Counted from the first letter of the stretch, positions 21,101 through 28,896 are shown. The stretch is 53,731 nt of DNA from a virus (IMGVR_UViG_3300037071_000543:1-53731); one strand, 5' to 3'. Notes: a model not told the origin generated them from the sequence alone. Translations and numbers: made by a program.

Positions 21101-21984
21101 TCGCCGCGCAGCACGACGAAGCTGTTCGCGCTCGCATCCCGGGAGGTCCACGAAACCCAGTGGTTGACGTTGCCGATGTCGAAGTAGGTGAGCGACCCGC
21201 CGCTGGTGGTGTTGGCCGCCGCCCACTGGTTTCCAGAAATGCCGCCCGTGTTGACGCCGAGCCCGTCCGTCGCCCACGTCTGCCCGCCCGAGGTTGTCGG
21301 AGTGTTTTCGATCCAGTTGTCGGCGCGGTTGAAGTTGTCGGTGAAGGTGGCCGCGCCCTTGTCGATGCCGCCGACCGATGGCGAGGAGGTCGACATCGCC
21401 ACTTGCGAGCCGGTGGCGTTGACGCTGATTGCGCTGGCCAGCGACCCGAACTCAAGATCGTCGGCGAAGGTCGCCACCGTGGTGCGCGCCACCACCCCGG
21501 TATCCGTGGAGGTGAGCGTGCCGTTGCCGATCGCCCCGGAGGTGACGACCGTGCCGTTCTTGCGCAGTTGCCAGTTAGTGCCCGAGCACTCCAGCCGCAG
21601 CACGTCGCCAGCCGCGACAGCGCCGCCAGCCGAGGAATACAAGTTCGACAGCGAGCCGCCGACGCGCCGGTAGACCTCGATCACCGAGCCGTCATTGCGG
21701 ACTCCGACGAAGTTCGAACGATCGGCCAACCGGCAGCAGACAAACGGGCCGCTCGAAATCGAGGTGGTGGCGACCTTGTACTGGGCATAGTGGTCCGCCG
21801 TGCCCTGATTGACCGACTTGTACGCGGTCCCGGTCGAGTTCGAGGTGTTGCAGCGAAGCTGGTTGGTGTTGATCTGGAGCCCGGCAGCGACCAGCCCGTC
21901 ATGGGTCCAGTCGCCACCGCCCGACGCCGTGGCGGAGGCTTCCAGATTGGCATTGGCCCTATCGAAACTGTCGGTGAAGGGCAT
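18196..21984 (-). CDS. 1262-aa virion fibre/adhesin with four tandem beta-sandwich repeats and a LamG/ConA-like C-terminal domain
   Basis: Four domains begin FxDxF(D/N)RA(N/D). Short xTGxxxxxSxGxV stalk repeats. WRPSLIGGLRVHLDA...GYLAWKWGL...HPYK domain. Confidence 0.7.
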   Translation of the reverse strand: MPFTDSFDRANANLEASATASGGGDWTHDGLVAAGLQINTNQLRCNTSNSTGTAYKSVNQGTADHYAQYKVATTSISSGPFVCCRLADRSNFVGVRNDGSVIEVYRRVGGSLSNLYSSAGGAVAAGDVLRLECSGTNWQLRKNGTVVTSGAIGNGTLTSTDTGVVARTTVATFADDLEFGSLASAISVNATGSQVAMSTSSPSVGGIDKGAATFTDNFNRADNWIENTPTTSGGQTWATDGLGVNTGGISGNQWAAANTTSGGSLTYFDIGNVNHWVSWTSRDASANSFVVLRGESRDKYIGLRTAGANLQIYRVTGGTFTSIYNTNHGIASGDTIEARIAGDQIEVRLNAVLIVSMALSASGWIGTRVGIHNRQAVQNPFLDNFEAGLTSGAASGATLTTNLLTMSLNNVSVSAGTETTFADTFNRADGWLEEAPCKTASGGWNWVWDSAIVHGLSVFNNILYAGVTDSVGSAYKTPSVGSADHYVECIVPAGLAGSISHVGAQSFVCCRLADRNNFVGFHVGNEGAGAGQVVVARRVAGTFVTLYTSGAAAVATGDLLRLECEGSNWTLKNDGAVMSSGAIGAALNDVGTGIVGRGFIGEVAENFEAGPLTTFADPLFYDHFDRADGPLESTPIASSGGTWVHDGRFAGLAVSGNQLRSTSVDESGSAYKCNPSPGVLDHFIEFTAIGDELIYGPGACCRMPDHNQFVGLFHGATTAINFGHVEVWRETAGLGTIAQIYNSGDGGYVDGDVLRLAAVGSNWYVFKNGTLMASGAIGATLTSTDTGIIGGGSIGNFFDDFVTGPQTLGLLTTNLMTIASGTVTVSTPSAGEVFVTGNQMTMSRGDVIADVSVDVDADVITGNFLVASVGDVQAVENRRVFITGFQLTMSLGITHAVTQGFMEVYPSGNYMVAMTVSPGSMSFITFNNIRFGYLPWRPSLIGGLRVHLDATMLDLEEGEEVTEWPLTDEAIGLDPVMVGTPLPVYRSTAMNGRPVVRFTALQSRLRGDAEFTDAIWSMAYVVRKWNPVTGFPHDGYCFAAMAPKNLYVGFSPDGQDAFADTVSALTGSTSNQDWKIYGGNADGTITEFRKNGTVAASSGLPGGMGGEYGLGGRDPDSQADTGDFDVAELVLYNADLTESVYPKIDGYLAWKWGLQGLLSPTHPYKNDPPQGASTIDALQTEYGTVTILIRYHVQVTLTGVQMQALTAPEDSIEVEWVARVFPTGQPMFMRAGGVFASRPGVVDGREDQREGLMLVMSRWMNN

Positions 21985-22011
21985 GCGTCGAGCCCTCCCG
22001 GGAGCCTTCGA

Positions 22012-22449
22012 TCAGACGATCCTGATAATGGCGTTCGATGCGTCGGCGGCTGGGAAGATCACCGTGAAGTCGCCAGCCGACGATGACTTGTCGGACCCGA
22101 ACGACAGCACGACCACCGAAGGATCGGCCACGGGCGTGGTCACCGTGTCGTTGTAGATCATCGCGCCATTGGCGGTGATCGTCGCGGTCGACCATGTGGT
22201 GTCGGCGAAGTCGGCGATCGCCGTCGACCCGGAGAGCGTCACGGTCTGCCCGGTGAGCACGTTGCCGGTCGCCGTGTAGCCGGTGCCCGAGACCTCGCCG
22301 GATGCCGTGTAGGCCCCGGTGGTGCCGTCGAGCGTGGCCCCCGAGGTGTACAGCGCCATCTTGAAGGTGTTGCCGCCTGTCCCGAGATTGTGCATCCCGA
22401 GCATCACGTCGCGCTTGAAATTCTGGCAGATAGCTTGCGTGATCGCCAT
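22012..22449 (-). CDS. Conserved phage structural protein (MAITQA...FKMALYTS family)
   Basis: FKMALYTSGATLD, EVSGTGYTATG, FGSDKSSSAGDFTVIFPAADASNAIIRI; a widespread phage virion family. Confidence 0.7.
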   Translation of the reverse strand: MAITQAICQNFKRDVMLGMHNLGTGGNTFKMALYTSGATLDGTTGAYTASGEVSGTGYTATGNVLTGQTVTLSGSTAIADFADTTWSTATITANGAMIYNDTVTTPVADPSVVVLSFGSDKSSSAGDFTVIFPAADASNAIIRIV

Positions 22450-22450
22450 C

Positions 22451-22714
22451 TCACTTCCCCTTTTCGAGCATCAGGTGAGTCTGATAGGCGCGGTCGGATG
22501 CTATCGCCCGCTTGATGCCGTCGAGCACGACGACCTTCATCTGCTCGCGGAAGGCATGGGCTTGGTCGCGGATCGGTTGCGGCGCGGTGTCCGCCACCCG
22601 GATCAGCTTGTCAACGATGCGCTCCGCGAAGAACTCGGGGGGATGTCCACCGTTCGAGGTGGTGACGACTTGGACGGTGCCGACAGCCATCGGCTGTTCG
22701 TCGGTCCAACTCAT
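22451..22714 (-). CDS. Conserved small phage protein
   Basis: VVTTSNGGHPPEFFAER...IRDQAHAFREQ; a family usually found next to the MAITQA-type gene. Confidence 0.65.
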   Translation of the reverse strand: MSWTDEQPMAVGTVQVVTTSNGGHPPEFFAERIVDKLIRVADTAPQPIRDQAHAFREQMKVVVLDGIKRAIASDRAYQTHLMLEKGK

Positions 22715-23268
22715 AGGATCAGCGCCTTCATGGCCGCGATGCGGTTTTCGAGGTCAGCCTGCTCTTTCGCGATCTTGTGCTCCAGCGCGTTGAGCTTGGA
22801 CTCACGATCCTCCAGCGTCCAGCGCACCTGCGCCGCCAGCTTCTCCTGCTCGACCACCGTCCGCTCGCGCTGCTCGATTTCGTGGCGCTTGGCCGCGAGG
22901 GTGGCGAAGGCTTCCGCGAGTTCGCCGTCCTTCTTGGCGTACCCGGCCAGCATCTCGGAGTCCTGTTCGTCGGCCAGCTTGATCTTGCGGGTGAGGTCCG
23001 CCTCCCGCTTGTCCAGCCCCTCGCGGGCGAACGCGATGTCGGCCTCATGCTTGTCGAGTTCTTCCGTCTTGGCGGTGAGCACCTGCTCGCGCTCATCCAG
23101 CTTTTTGGCCAGCCCGTCGAGCTTCTGCTGCGCCGCGATCATGCTCGCCATTGCGTTCTGGATTTCGACAATACGGGCTTCCGTCGCTTGCGGATCGGAG
23201 ACGATAGCGAGCAGCTTGTCGAGCGAATCGGTGGCCTTGACTGCTTCCCCCCGGGTGCCGCTCATCAT
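22711..23268 (-). CDS. Coiled-coil protein
   Basis: Heptad-rich E/K/A/L sequence; coupled ORF. Confidence 0.65.
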   Translation of the reverse strand: MMSGTRGEAVKATDSLDKLLAIVSDPQATEARIVEIQNAMASMIAAQQKLDGLAKKLDEREQVLTAKTEELDKHEADIAFAREGLDKREADLTRKIKLADEQDSEMLAGYAKKDGELAEAFATLAAKRHEIEQRERTVVEQEKLAAQVRWTLEDRESKLNALEHKIAKEQADLENRIAAMKALIL

Positions 23269-23269
23269 G

Positions 23270-23575
23270 TCAGAGGCTCCCGATGACGGCGATCTTGAAG
23301 CTCCTGCCGGGTGGCACCCCGGTGAACCGGGTTTCGCCCGCAGCCATGCGCTGCGCCGTGGTCACTGCGGTGGGATTGACGCCCCAAGCCACGCAGCAGG
23401 CTTCCTGCGCATGAACCATCAGGAAGGCGGTGCGCTCATTGAAGGCGTTGGACTGGGTGGAAGCGCCGGTCACGACGACCGTTTGCTCCGCGTTGGCGGG
23501 CTCGACCCCAGCCGCGACCCCGTAGCCGCCAAGATCGCGGGCGAGGTTGGCGTACTCCGTCACGAACAGCGGCAT
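23270..23575 (-). CDS. Small beta-rich putative structural protein
   Basis: GGAGG RBS; LFVTEY...GVNPTAVTT...AAGETRF. Confidence 0.6.
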   Translation of the reverse strand: MPLFVTEYANLARDLGGYGVAAGVEPANAEQTVVVTGASTQSNAFNERTAFLMVHAQEACCVAWGVNPTAVTTAQRMAAGETRFTGVPPGRSFKIAVIGSL

Positions 23576-23631
23576 GCCCGACCTCCCTCATCGATGTCTG
23601 TGAGGGCGGAGAATATTCCTCATATCGGTTG

Positions 23632-23653
23632 AAAACACAATCGCTTGTGTTTT
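23632..23653. promoter_or_regulatory. Perfect 9-bp inverted repeat upstream of the virion operon
   Basis: AAAACACAA-TCGC-TTGTGTTTT in an AT-rich intergenic gap. Confidence 0.5.
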
Positions 23654-23766
23654 TGGCCTCCGGGATCGATTCCAGCCCGACAATTACCCGGACGTTACCG
23701 CTGGGGTGGCACCTATGCGATCCTTGCATGGCGGGGCGTGTCAGCCATCCAGCAAGGGCGCATAGC

Positions 23767-24069
23767 TCAGAATTTGAAGTCGACCCCCTTGCTGCGGTCC
23801 TTCAGCCGGACGGCGAGGTCGCCGATCGCCCCGTTGAGCGCGCCGATCATCTTGGTCACGTCATCCTCGGTGTACTCGTACAGCGAGCGGTTGCTCAGGT
23901 TGCCCATGTTCTTGATGCCACCGAGCGTCCGCGTCATGCGGAATGCGCCAATGCGCAGGAACTTCTCGCGCTTGGTCTCGGTCCTGCCGGGATGCAACAC
24001 CACGGGCGGCTCTGGCGGTGGGCTCTCATGCTGGGGAGGGACTTCCTCCGTGATCTTCCTGCGTGGCAT
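23767..24069 (-). CDS. Conserved small helical protein (ETKREKFLR...GNLSNRSLYEYT family)
   Basis: Recognisable conserved motif of unknown function; GGGAGG RBS before ATG 24069. Confidence 0.6.
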   Translation of the reverse strand: MPRRKITEEVPPQHESPPPEPPVVLHPGRTETKREKFLRIGAFRMTRTLGGIKNMGNLSNRSLYEYTEDDVTKMIGALNGAIGDLAVRLKDRSKGVDFKF

Positions 24070-24082
24070 GTCATCCTCCCTG

Positions 24083-24256
24083 TCAGTGCGCCTGTCGGCG
24101 CTTGTGAAGCGCGTCTTCCTTGCCCCGCGCATAGGCCCTTCGAAGGGCGTCGGCGATCTTCTCGATGCCGTCTTCAGCGTCATCGGTCAGGTTGTCGTAG
24201 ATGTCCTTCGCCTCGATCGCATTCCAAGCCTCCCGGATTTCCTTCTTCATGCCCAT
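24083..24256 (-). CDS. Hypothetical 57-aa protein (not in track)
   Basis: MGMKKEIREAWNAIEAKDIYDNL...; TGATG coupling. Confidence 0.5.
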   Translation of the reverse strand: MGMKKEIREAWNAIEAKDIYDNLTDDAEDGIEKIADALRRAYARGKEDALHKRRQAH

Positions 24257-24486
24257 CAGATCACCAAGCGCAAATCGAGTTCCTGCCCGGTGACCGAGCG
24301 CGGCGGATCGTGATGCAGCAGTTCGCGGTCGAACTCCCCGAGCCGGTCCTCATCGTGCGTCTGCGGCGAAATCAGCGGAATCAGGCAGGTGACCGGCGTT
24401 CCTGATTCGGTCTCGCCTTCCCACACCCGGGCGCTGGCCCCGTTGACCATAACCACCTTGTCCGTCGAGGCGATCGTGATCTTCAT
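24256..24486 (-). CDS. Hypothetical protein
   Basis: Coupled ORF; ARVWEGETESG motif. Confidence 0.6.
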   Translation of the reverse strand: MKITIASTDKVVMVNGASARVWEGETESGTPVTCLIPLISPQTHDEDRLGEFDRELLHHDPPRSVTGQELDLRLVI

Positions 24487-25058
24487 TGCTCGGGCTGCTC
24501 CTGCTCGTCCGCCTGCCGGTAGCGATCCTCACCCTCCAGAAACATCAGGTAGGCATGCGCCCGGGTGACCACCTGTTCGAGCGAGCCATGCGGATCGGCC
24601 TCCTGCGCCATGCGGAGTGCCATCTCGCGGCGGAAGTCGGCGCGATCGCGCTGCCGCCGCTCCTCCTCACCGGCTTGACTGAACACCCCGACATTGGCCC
24701 GGTTGACAAATTGTTGCTTGGCCGCGTCCGCGTAGCTGCCCGGGCCGCCCTTGCCCTCGACGGAGAGCGGAAGAGGCGGCGGCATGCGCAGGAAGTCGCC
24801 TTCAGCGTGCGCCGTGGCGTCCATGCTAGGGTCTGTCGGCTGCGGGCCGGTCACCCCGTAGGGCTCATCGAAGTCGCTATCCTCCATGTCGGGAGGCGGC
24901 GGAGGCGGCGGGTCCATCGGAGCCGTCAGGTCCACCTGCGTTTTGGTAGGCTCGATATACGGGATCGGCTTTGAGGTAAGCGCCTCATCCTCATCGAACT
25001 CGGGCAGCTTGTAGCCCGGCATTCCCGTCACTGGGTCCTTCACGAATGGCATGGTCAT
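24483..25058 (-). CDS. Pro-rich hypothetical protein
   Basis: GGGAGG RBS upstream of ATG 25058/25052. Confidence 0.55.
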   Translation of the reverse strand: MTMPFVKDPVTGMPGYKLPEFDEDEALTSKPIPYIEPTKTQVDLTAPMDPPPPPPPDMEDSDFDEPYGVTGPQPTDPSMDATAHAEGDFLRMPPPLPLSVEGKGGPGSYADAAKQQFVNRANVGVFSQAGEEERRQRDRADFRREMALRMAQEADPHGSLEQVVTRAHAYLMFLEGEDRYRQADEQEQPEQ

Positions 25059-25118
25059 CCTCCCTTGGAATTTCGTACTACACCCGAGTGCGCGATTATT
25101 CAATCCGTGATCCCGGCA

Positions 25119-25385
25119 CTATGAAATCCTGAATGGCCCCTCATCCGCCAACTGCATCACCGGGACGATCGACCAATCCTCCGCCAGCATGTCCGTCTGG
25201 CTGGCCAGCCACGGCACCAAATCGCCCTGCACGGTTCGCATGAAGATGTACGGCAAGGTCATCTTCGAGTTCTCATCCGGGACTTGCAGCGCGAGGTACA
25301 TCCCCTTGCCGTTCCACCCCTTGCGGCACACCAAACCGCCATCCCGCAGCCGATCGAGCGCCCAGCCAAAGTCGGTCTTTTCCAT
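25119..25385 (-). CDS. tad2: DUF2829 / Tad2-family anti-defence nucleotide sponge
   Basis: DFGWAL..L..G..VCRKGWNGKGMYL...PWLASQTDMLAEDW is the DUF2829 signature. GAGGAGG RBS. Confidence 0.85.
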   Translation of the reverse strand: MEKTDFGWALDRLRDGGLVCRKGWNGKGMYLALQVPDENSKMTLPYIFMRTVQGDLVPWLASQTDMLAEDWSIVPVMQLADEGPFRIS

Positions 25386-25396
25386 GTCCGTCCTCC

Positions 25397-25630
25397 TCAA
25401 TTCAGCCGCGCGCCCGGCAGCGCCGGGACTCCCGCGAGCGTTCCACCTGCCAGCACAAGCTCGACCCCGGCGTCGGTCAGCTTGAAGGTAAGCCCGTAAT
25501 CCTCATCATCGACCGGCACGCAGAGCCCGGCCCGGTAGGCCGCGCGCCATTGTTCCGCCCGTTCCTCCGAGCATTCCTCATCCGCGATGAACTCCGCGAG
25601 CACACGCTCGACCAGCAAAGCCTCATCCAT
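25397..25630 (-). CDS. Hypothetical protein
   Basis: Coupled ORF with GAGGAGG RBS. Confidence 0.5.
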   Translation of the reverse strand: MDEALLVERVLAEFIADEECSEERAEQWRAAYRAGLCVPVDDEDYGLTFKLTDAGVELVLAGGTLAGVPALPGARLN

Positions 25631-25862
25631 CGGTTTCCTCCTCGAACCGGGCCAGCGCCCGGCGCAGCGCGTCCGCCTTGATCTGCGTCTCGACGCTGAT
25701 AAGCCCGCCGTTGCCGCCCTTCCACTGTGTGCCGATCATGATCCCATTGTCATCGAACGAGATGGATTCGACCAGTTCCTTGGCCGCGTGCCATAGCTGG
25801 CCGACCGACTCCGCCCACAGCGACACCTCATCCGGGTTCATGCCCTCGGGCGTCAGCGTCAT
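25623..25862 (-). CDS. Hypothetical protein
   Basis: ATGA-coupled start MTLTPEG. Confidence 0.55.
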   Translation of the reverse strand: MTLTPEGMNPDEVSLWAESVGQLWHAAKELVESISFDDNGIMIGTQWKGGNGGLISVETQIKADALRRALARFEEETDG

Positions 25863-26311
25863 CGCAATTCCTCGAACGCAGCCCAGTCGAACACGAAGCA
25901 AGGCTCCATATCGCCCGGCGATCCGTTGCGATCCTTCCGCCCGGCCCAAATGACACGATCGCTATGCAGGTTCATCCGGGTCCAGCGGATGACGCCATCA
26001 TCGAAGCGAACGGCCAGACGGGACGGAGTGCCGCTGCACTGCTTGAGCGCCCAGCACGATCGCACCTTGAGCACCGACAACCAATACCCGTCACCGTCGC
26101 GATAGCGCCAGTTGCGGCCTTTAGCCTCAAGGTAGAAATCGACTGGCGGGTGATCGCCGCAGCCACGCCTGAGCATGGCGAAGTCAGGCCCGTAGGACAG
26201 GGCGTTGATCTTCTCGAAATCGTAGCCCCAAGCCTCCGCGCACTCCTTGGCGATCGCCCGCTCGACGGCCTTGGTTGCGTCGTTTTCGAATAGCGGACGC
26301 GCCGTCATCAT
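25859..26311 (-). CDS. PD-(D/E)XK-like nuclease
   Basis: GPDFAM...FYLEAKGR motif. Confidence 0.6.
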   Translation of the reverse strand: MMTARPLFENDATKAVERAIAKECAEAWGYDFEKINALSYGPDFAMLRRGCGDHPPVDFYLEAKGRNWRYRDGDGYWLSVLKVRSCWALKQCSGTPSRLAVRFDDGVIRWTRMNLHSDRVIWAGRKDRNGSPGDMEPCFVFDWAAFEELR

Positions 26312-26628
26312 GTGTCAGCCAATTCGAAGGCTGCAACGATTTGCGCGACGTTGACCGACGCCGTGGTGCGGCTGGTTGGCGCAAACAGGAGCCGTCCCGG
26401 GCTGTCCCGCAGCCAGACATCCTCCCCGGTCTTCATGGTGACATCGATCCACAGCGAACCATCAGCCGCCAGATGAACCGCTTCGATACACTCGATCGCG
26501 AGCGTGTGCCCGGTGATAAGCAAAAGGCCGAACGACCAGCAGTCATCCATCATGCGAGGGATAAACCAAGCAGGAAGCAGCCTCTTCGCATCGATCCCCT
26601 TTGTGAGATATTCCTCACTCACATCCAT
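26308..26628 (-). CDS. Hypothetical protein
   Basis: Start MDVSEEY; coupled to the downstream gene. Confidence 0.55.
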   Translation of the reverse strand: MDVSEEYLTKGIDAKRLLPAWFIPRMMDDCWSFGLLLITGHTLAIECIEAVHLAADGSLWIDVTMKTGEDVWLRDSPGRLLFAPTSRTTASVNVAQIVAAFELADT

Positions 26629-26645
26629 CACATCCCCCTTTGCCG

Positions 26646-26960
26646 TTATTGCGGACGGCCACTGCCGTTGAGATTCACCACCTTCTTGGCGGCCTCCATA
26701 GCGGCCTCCGCCTCGGCCACCTCCTTGTCGTAAAGGCGCTTTTCGACGCGCCATGCCAGTTCGCCCTTCAGCGCGGCGATGTCCTGCTCCAAGCAGACCC
26801 TCCGGTGCTCAAGCTCCAGCTTGGCCAGTTCCCGCTTCAGGGAGCTATCCGGCGTGTCTTCGATCTGTTCCTTGGCTTCCCAACCGCTACCGAACTCTTC
26901 CCCCCATTGCCGGTCGATGTATTTGTCCGCTGCCCGGATCATATCTGCCAGTACGCTCAT
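26646..26960 (-). CDS. Hypothetical coiled-coil protein
   Basis: ATGA coupling; GAGG RBS. Confidence 0.55.
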   Translation of the reverse strand: MSVLADMIRAADKYIDRQWGEEFGSGWEAKEQIEDTPDSSLKRELAKLELEHRRVCLEQDIAALKGELAWRVEKRLYDKEVAEAEAAMEAAKKVVNLNGSGRPQ

Positions 26961-27148
26961 TGTTCCTCTCCTCTTTTTTCTAGTATCGCAATCTGCTTCT
27001 TAAGACCATCGACCAGCTTGCGGGCCTCCTCCGGTATGATCTTGAAGGTGATAGACACCTCATCGTGCTTTCCTGATAGTGTCACCATGATAACATCGAC
27101 GAAGATGCTTGCCTTAATATTGATGCCGCTATCCGGTCCTCTTGCCAT
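26957..27148 (-). CDS. Hypothetical protein
   Basis: Start MARGPDS overlaps the TerL-N stop (TGATG). Confidence 0.55.
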   Translation of the reverse strand: MARGPDSGINIKASIFVDVIMVTLSGKHDEVSITFKIIPEEARKLVDGLKKQIAILEKRGEEQ

Positions 27149-27936
27149 CACATCATCCCTAGTTGTGGTCGATCGCTTGCCATTTGGAATTGCTGCACGG
27201 TCTCGGTGATCCCCTGAAGCGGGGTGAAGGTGAGGAGCATGATGCCGTTGGTCGTCATCAGGCGAATGATGCACTCGCCGTAGACATCCATCGGGCATTC
27301 CTCATCCGCCCAAATCACATGCTGGGACGTGCCCTCGAACGAGCCTCGACCTTGCTCGTAGGATTTCATACCCAAGGTCGACCAGCCGCCCGACACATGC
27401 CGGACCTTCACCAAGTCGGTGAGGTCTTCGACGCCGCGCTTCCACGTCACCCTGCCTATCAGATTGCCCGGGACCATGCCGGTTCCGGCGAGTTGCTTGC
27501 GAGTGCCATCGTAGGCCACAGGGCCGAGCAGGGCGGCCTGCACGATGTCGCGGGTGGATTCGTTCTTCTTGCCGCACGCCCACGCCCTGACAGGCCCGTC
27601 AAAGCGCCTGCCGTCCCACCAACCGGGATAGAGCCCGGTGAGGTGCGCGGTCACCTCGAACGCCCCGGTGATCGTCTTGCCTACACGATTAGCTGCCAAA
27701 AAGCAGCGTTCCCGGTAACTGGCCCCAGCCTCGAAGAACTCGACATGCTTCGGGTAGTGACGCCGGGCATAGACAAGCACGGTGCCGTCGAGGTCGAGCC
27801 GGTCTTCATCCGGGAAGAGTTCGAAGAACTGGCGCTGCTGGAGCCGTCGCGACATGGTGGCCGCGAGCGCGGCGTAGTGCTGCCGGGTTTGCAGCGGGAG
27901 GAGGTCCATGTCCTCCAGAGGCAGGAGGTCCAGCAT
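27148..27936 (-). CDS. terL: Terminase large subunit, N-terminal ATPase part
   Basis: YPKHVEFF, Walker A AANRVGKT, KSYEQGRGSFEG, Walker B VIWADEE and coupling motif TFTP, as in P22 gp2. Stops 21 aa after TFTP. Confidence 0.9.
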   Translation of the reverse strand: MLDLLPLEDMDLLPLQTRQHYAALAATMSRRLQQRQFFELFPDEDRLDLDGTVLVYARRHYPKHVEFFEAGASYRERCFLAANRVGKTITGAFEVTAHLTGLYPGWWDGRRFDGPVRAWACGKKNESTRDIVQAALLGPVAYDGTRKQLAGTGMVPGNLIGRVTWKRGVEDLTDLVKVRHVSGGWSTLGMKSYEQGRGSFEGTSQHVIWADEECPMDVYGECIIRLMTTNGIMLLTFTPLQGITETVQQFQMASDRPQLGMM

Positions 27937-27937
27937 G

Positions 27938-28207
27938 TCACTGGACGGTCATCGGGACGAAGCTGACCATCTCTCCGAGTTCGCCCTTTTGGGCCGCGTC
28001 GTGGACTACCCGCTGCATCGCGTTGCGAAAGCCGTCATCGCCGAAGGACCGCGCCACCCCGAGCGCCACGATGAAGTCGACCGGCACCGGCTCGTTCGCT
28101 TCGTGGTCGGGAATCGTGATGAAGCACTGCCCTTTGCGGATTACCATCTTGATGTCGCCCGGCTCTGGTTCGGGCGGGTGGTCGTATTTAGTCACCGTCG
28201 CTTCCAT
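27938..28207 (-). CDS. Hypothetical protein
   Basis: ORF ending 1 nt before the TerL-N start. Confidence 0.55.
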   Translation of the reverse strand: MEATVTKYDHPPEPEPGDIKMVIRKGQCFITIPDHEANEPVPVDFIVALGVARSFGDDGFRNAMQRVVHDAAQKGELGEMVSFVPMTVQ

Positions 28208-28458
28208 CGTCTCTCATCCCCATTCGAAGGAAGCGGCAGGGAGAGAAAGGCCCTAAACTCCCTGCCGCCGATTCCCATCACGGACTTTCCTAGCCGCGTC
28301 ACCTTGACCCCAACAATAAACTGGCACGAGGAGCCAGCGGGAGGCGGGGAGGTGACTTTTCGTTGTTGGGCTGGCCGCTCGCCCTCAAAATGCGCCTCCC
28401 TACCTACCGAGTGAATGCCGATTCCCATCCGGCCACCGTACCACGAAACTGCCAGAGG

Positions 28459-28896
28459 TCAATGCTTCACGCCAGCCTTGATCGATCGCACCTCCGCGTG
28501 GATCGCCGCCATTTCGAAGCGGATTTCGTCATCCGTCATCGAACTGTAATTGTGGTTGAAGGTCGAGACGTTGACGCTCCGATCGATGAACAGCCCAAAC
28601 AGTTTGGCCTTGCACGCCCCGGCTTGGACGGCGGCTGACACCTGCCCGAGCTTGAGCGCGTAGGCTCGATCCTCATCGAACTGCGCGGCCATCGAATCGA
28701 TCGTCACCTCGACCCGCGCCAGCGCCTTGCCTTGGAGTTCGGCGATCCGCGCGACGACATTGCCTTTTCTAGCCAGCCTCGACGCATGTTGCATGGATGG
28801 TCGATACCCTGCCAGCGCATATGCCTCATCCAATGTCTTGCCGGTGACGCGGAACTGACAGAACGATTCCTGTCTGGCATTTTTGAGAATTGGCAT
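28459..28896 (-). CDS. terS: Terminase small subunit
   Basis: LKNARQESFCQ...EAYALAGY...ASRL...VVARIAELQ HTH and KAKLFGLF. Likely start ATG 28896. Confidence 0.8.
   Translation of the reverse strand: MPILKNARQESFCQFRVTGKTLDEAYALAGYRPSMQHASRLARKGNVVARIAELQGKALARVEVTIDSMAAQFDEDRAYALKLGQVSAAVQAGACKAKLFGLFIDRSVNVSTFNHNYSSMTDDEIRFEMAAIHAEVRSIKAGVKH

Noticed and set aside
18196-21984. Diversity-generating retroelement acting on the repeat protein
   Set aside because: No reverse transcriptase in the window, and the repeats are in-frame domain duplications rather than an adenine-variable TR/VR pair.
17966-27147. Intron, intein or mobile element interrupting terL
   Set aside because: No splice-junction residues, RT/maturase, homing endonuclease, integrase or flanking repeats were seen. 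The spacer holds ordinary co-oriented phage genes.
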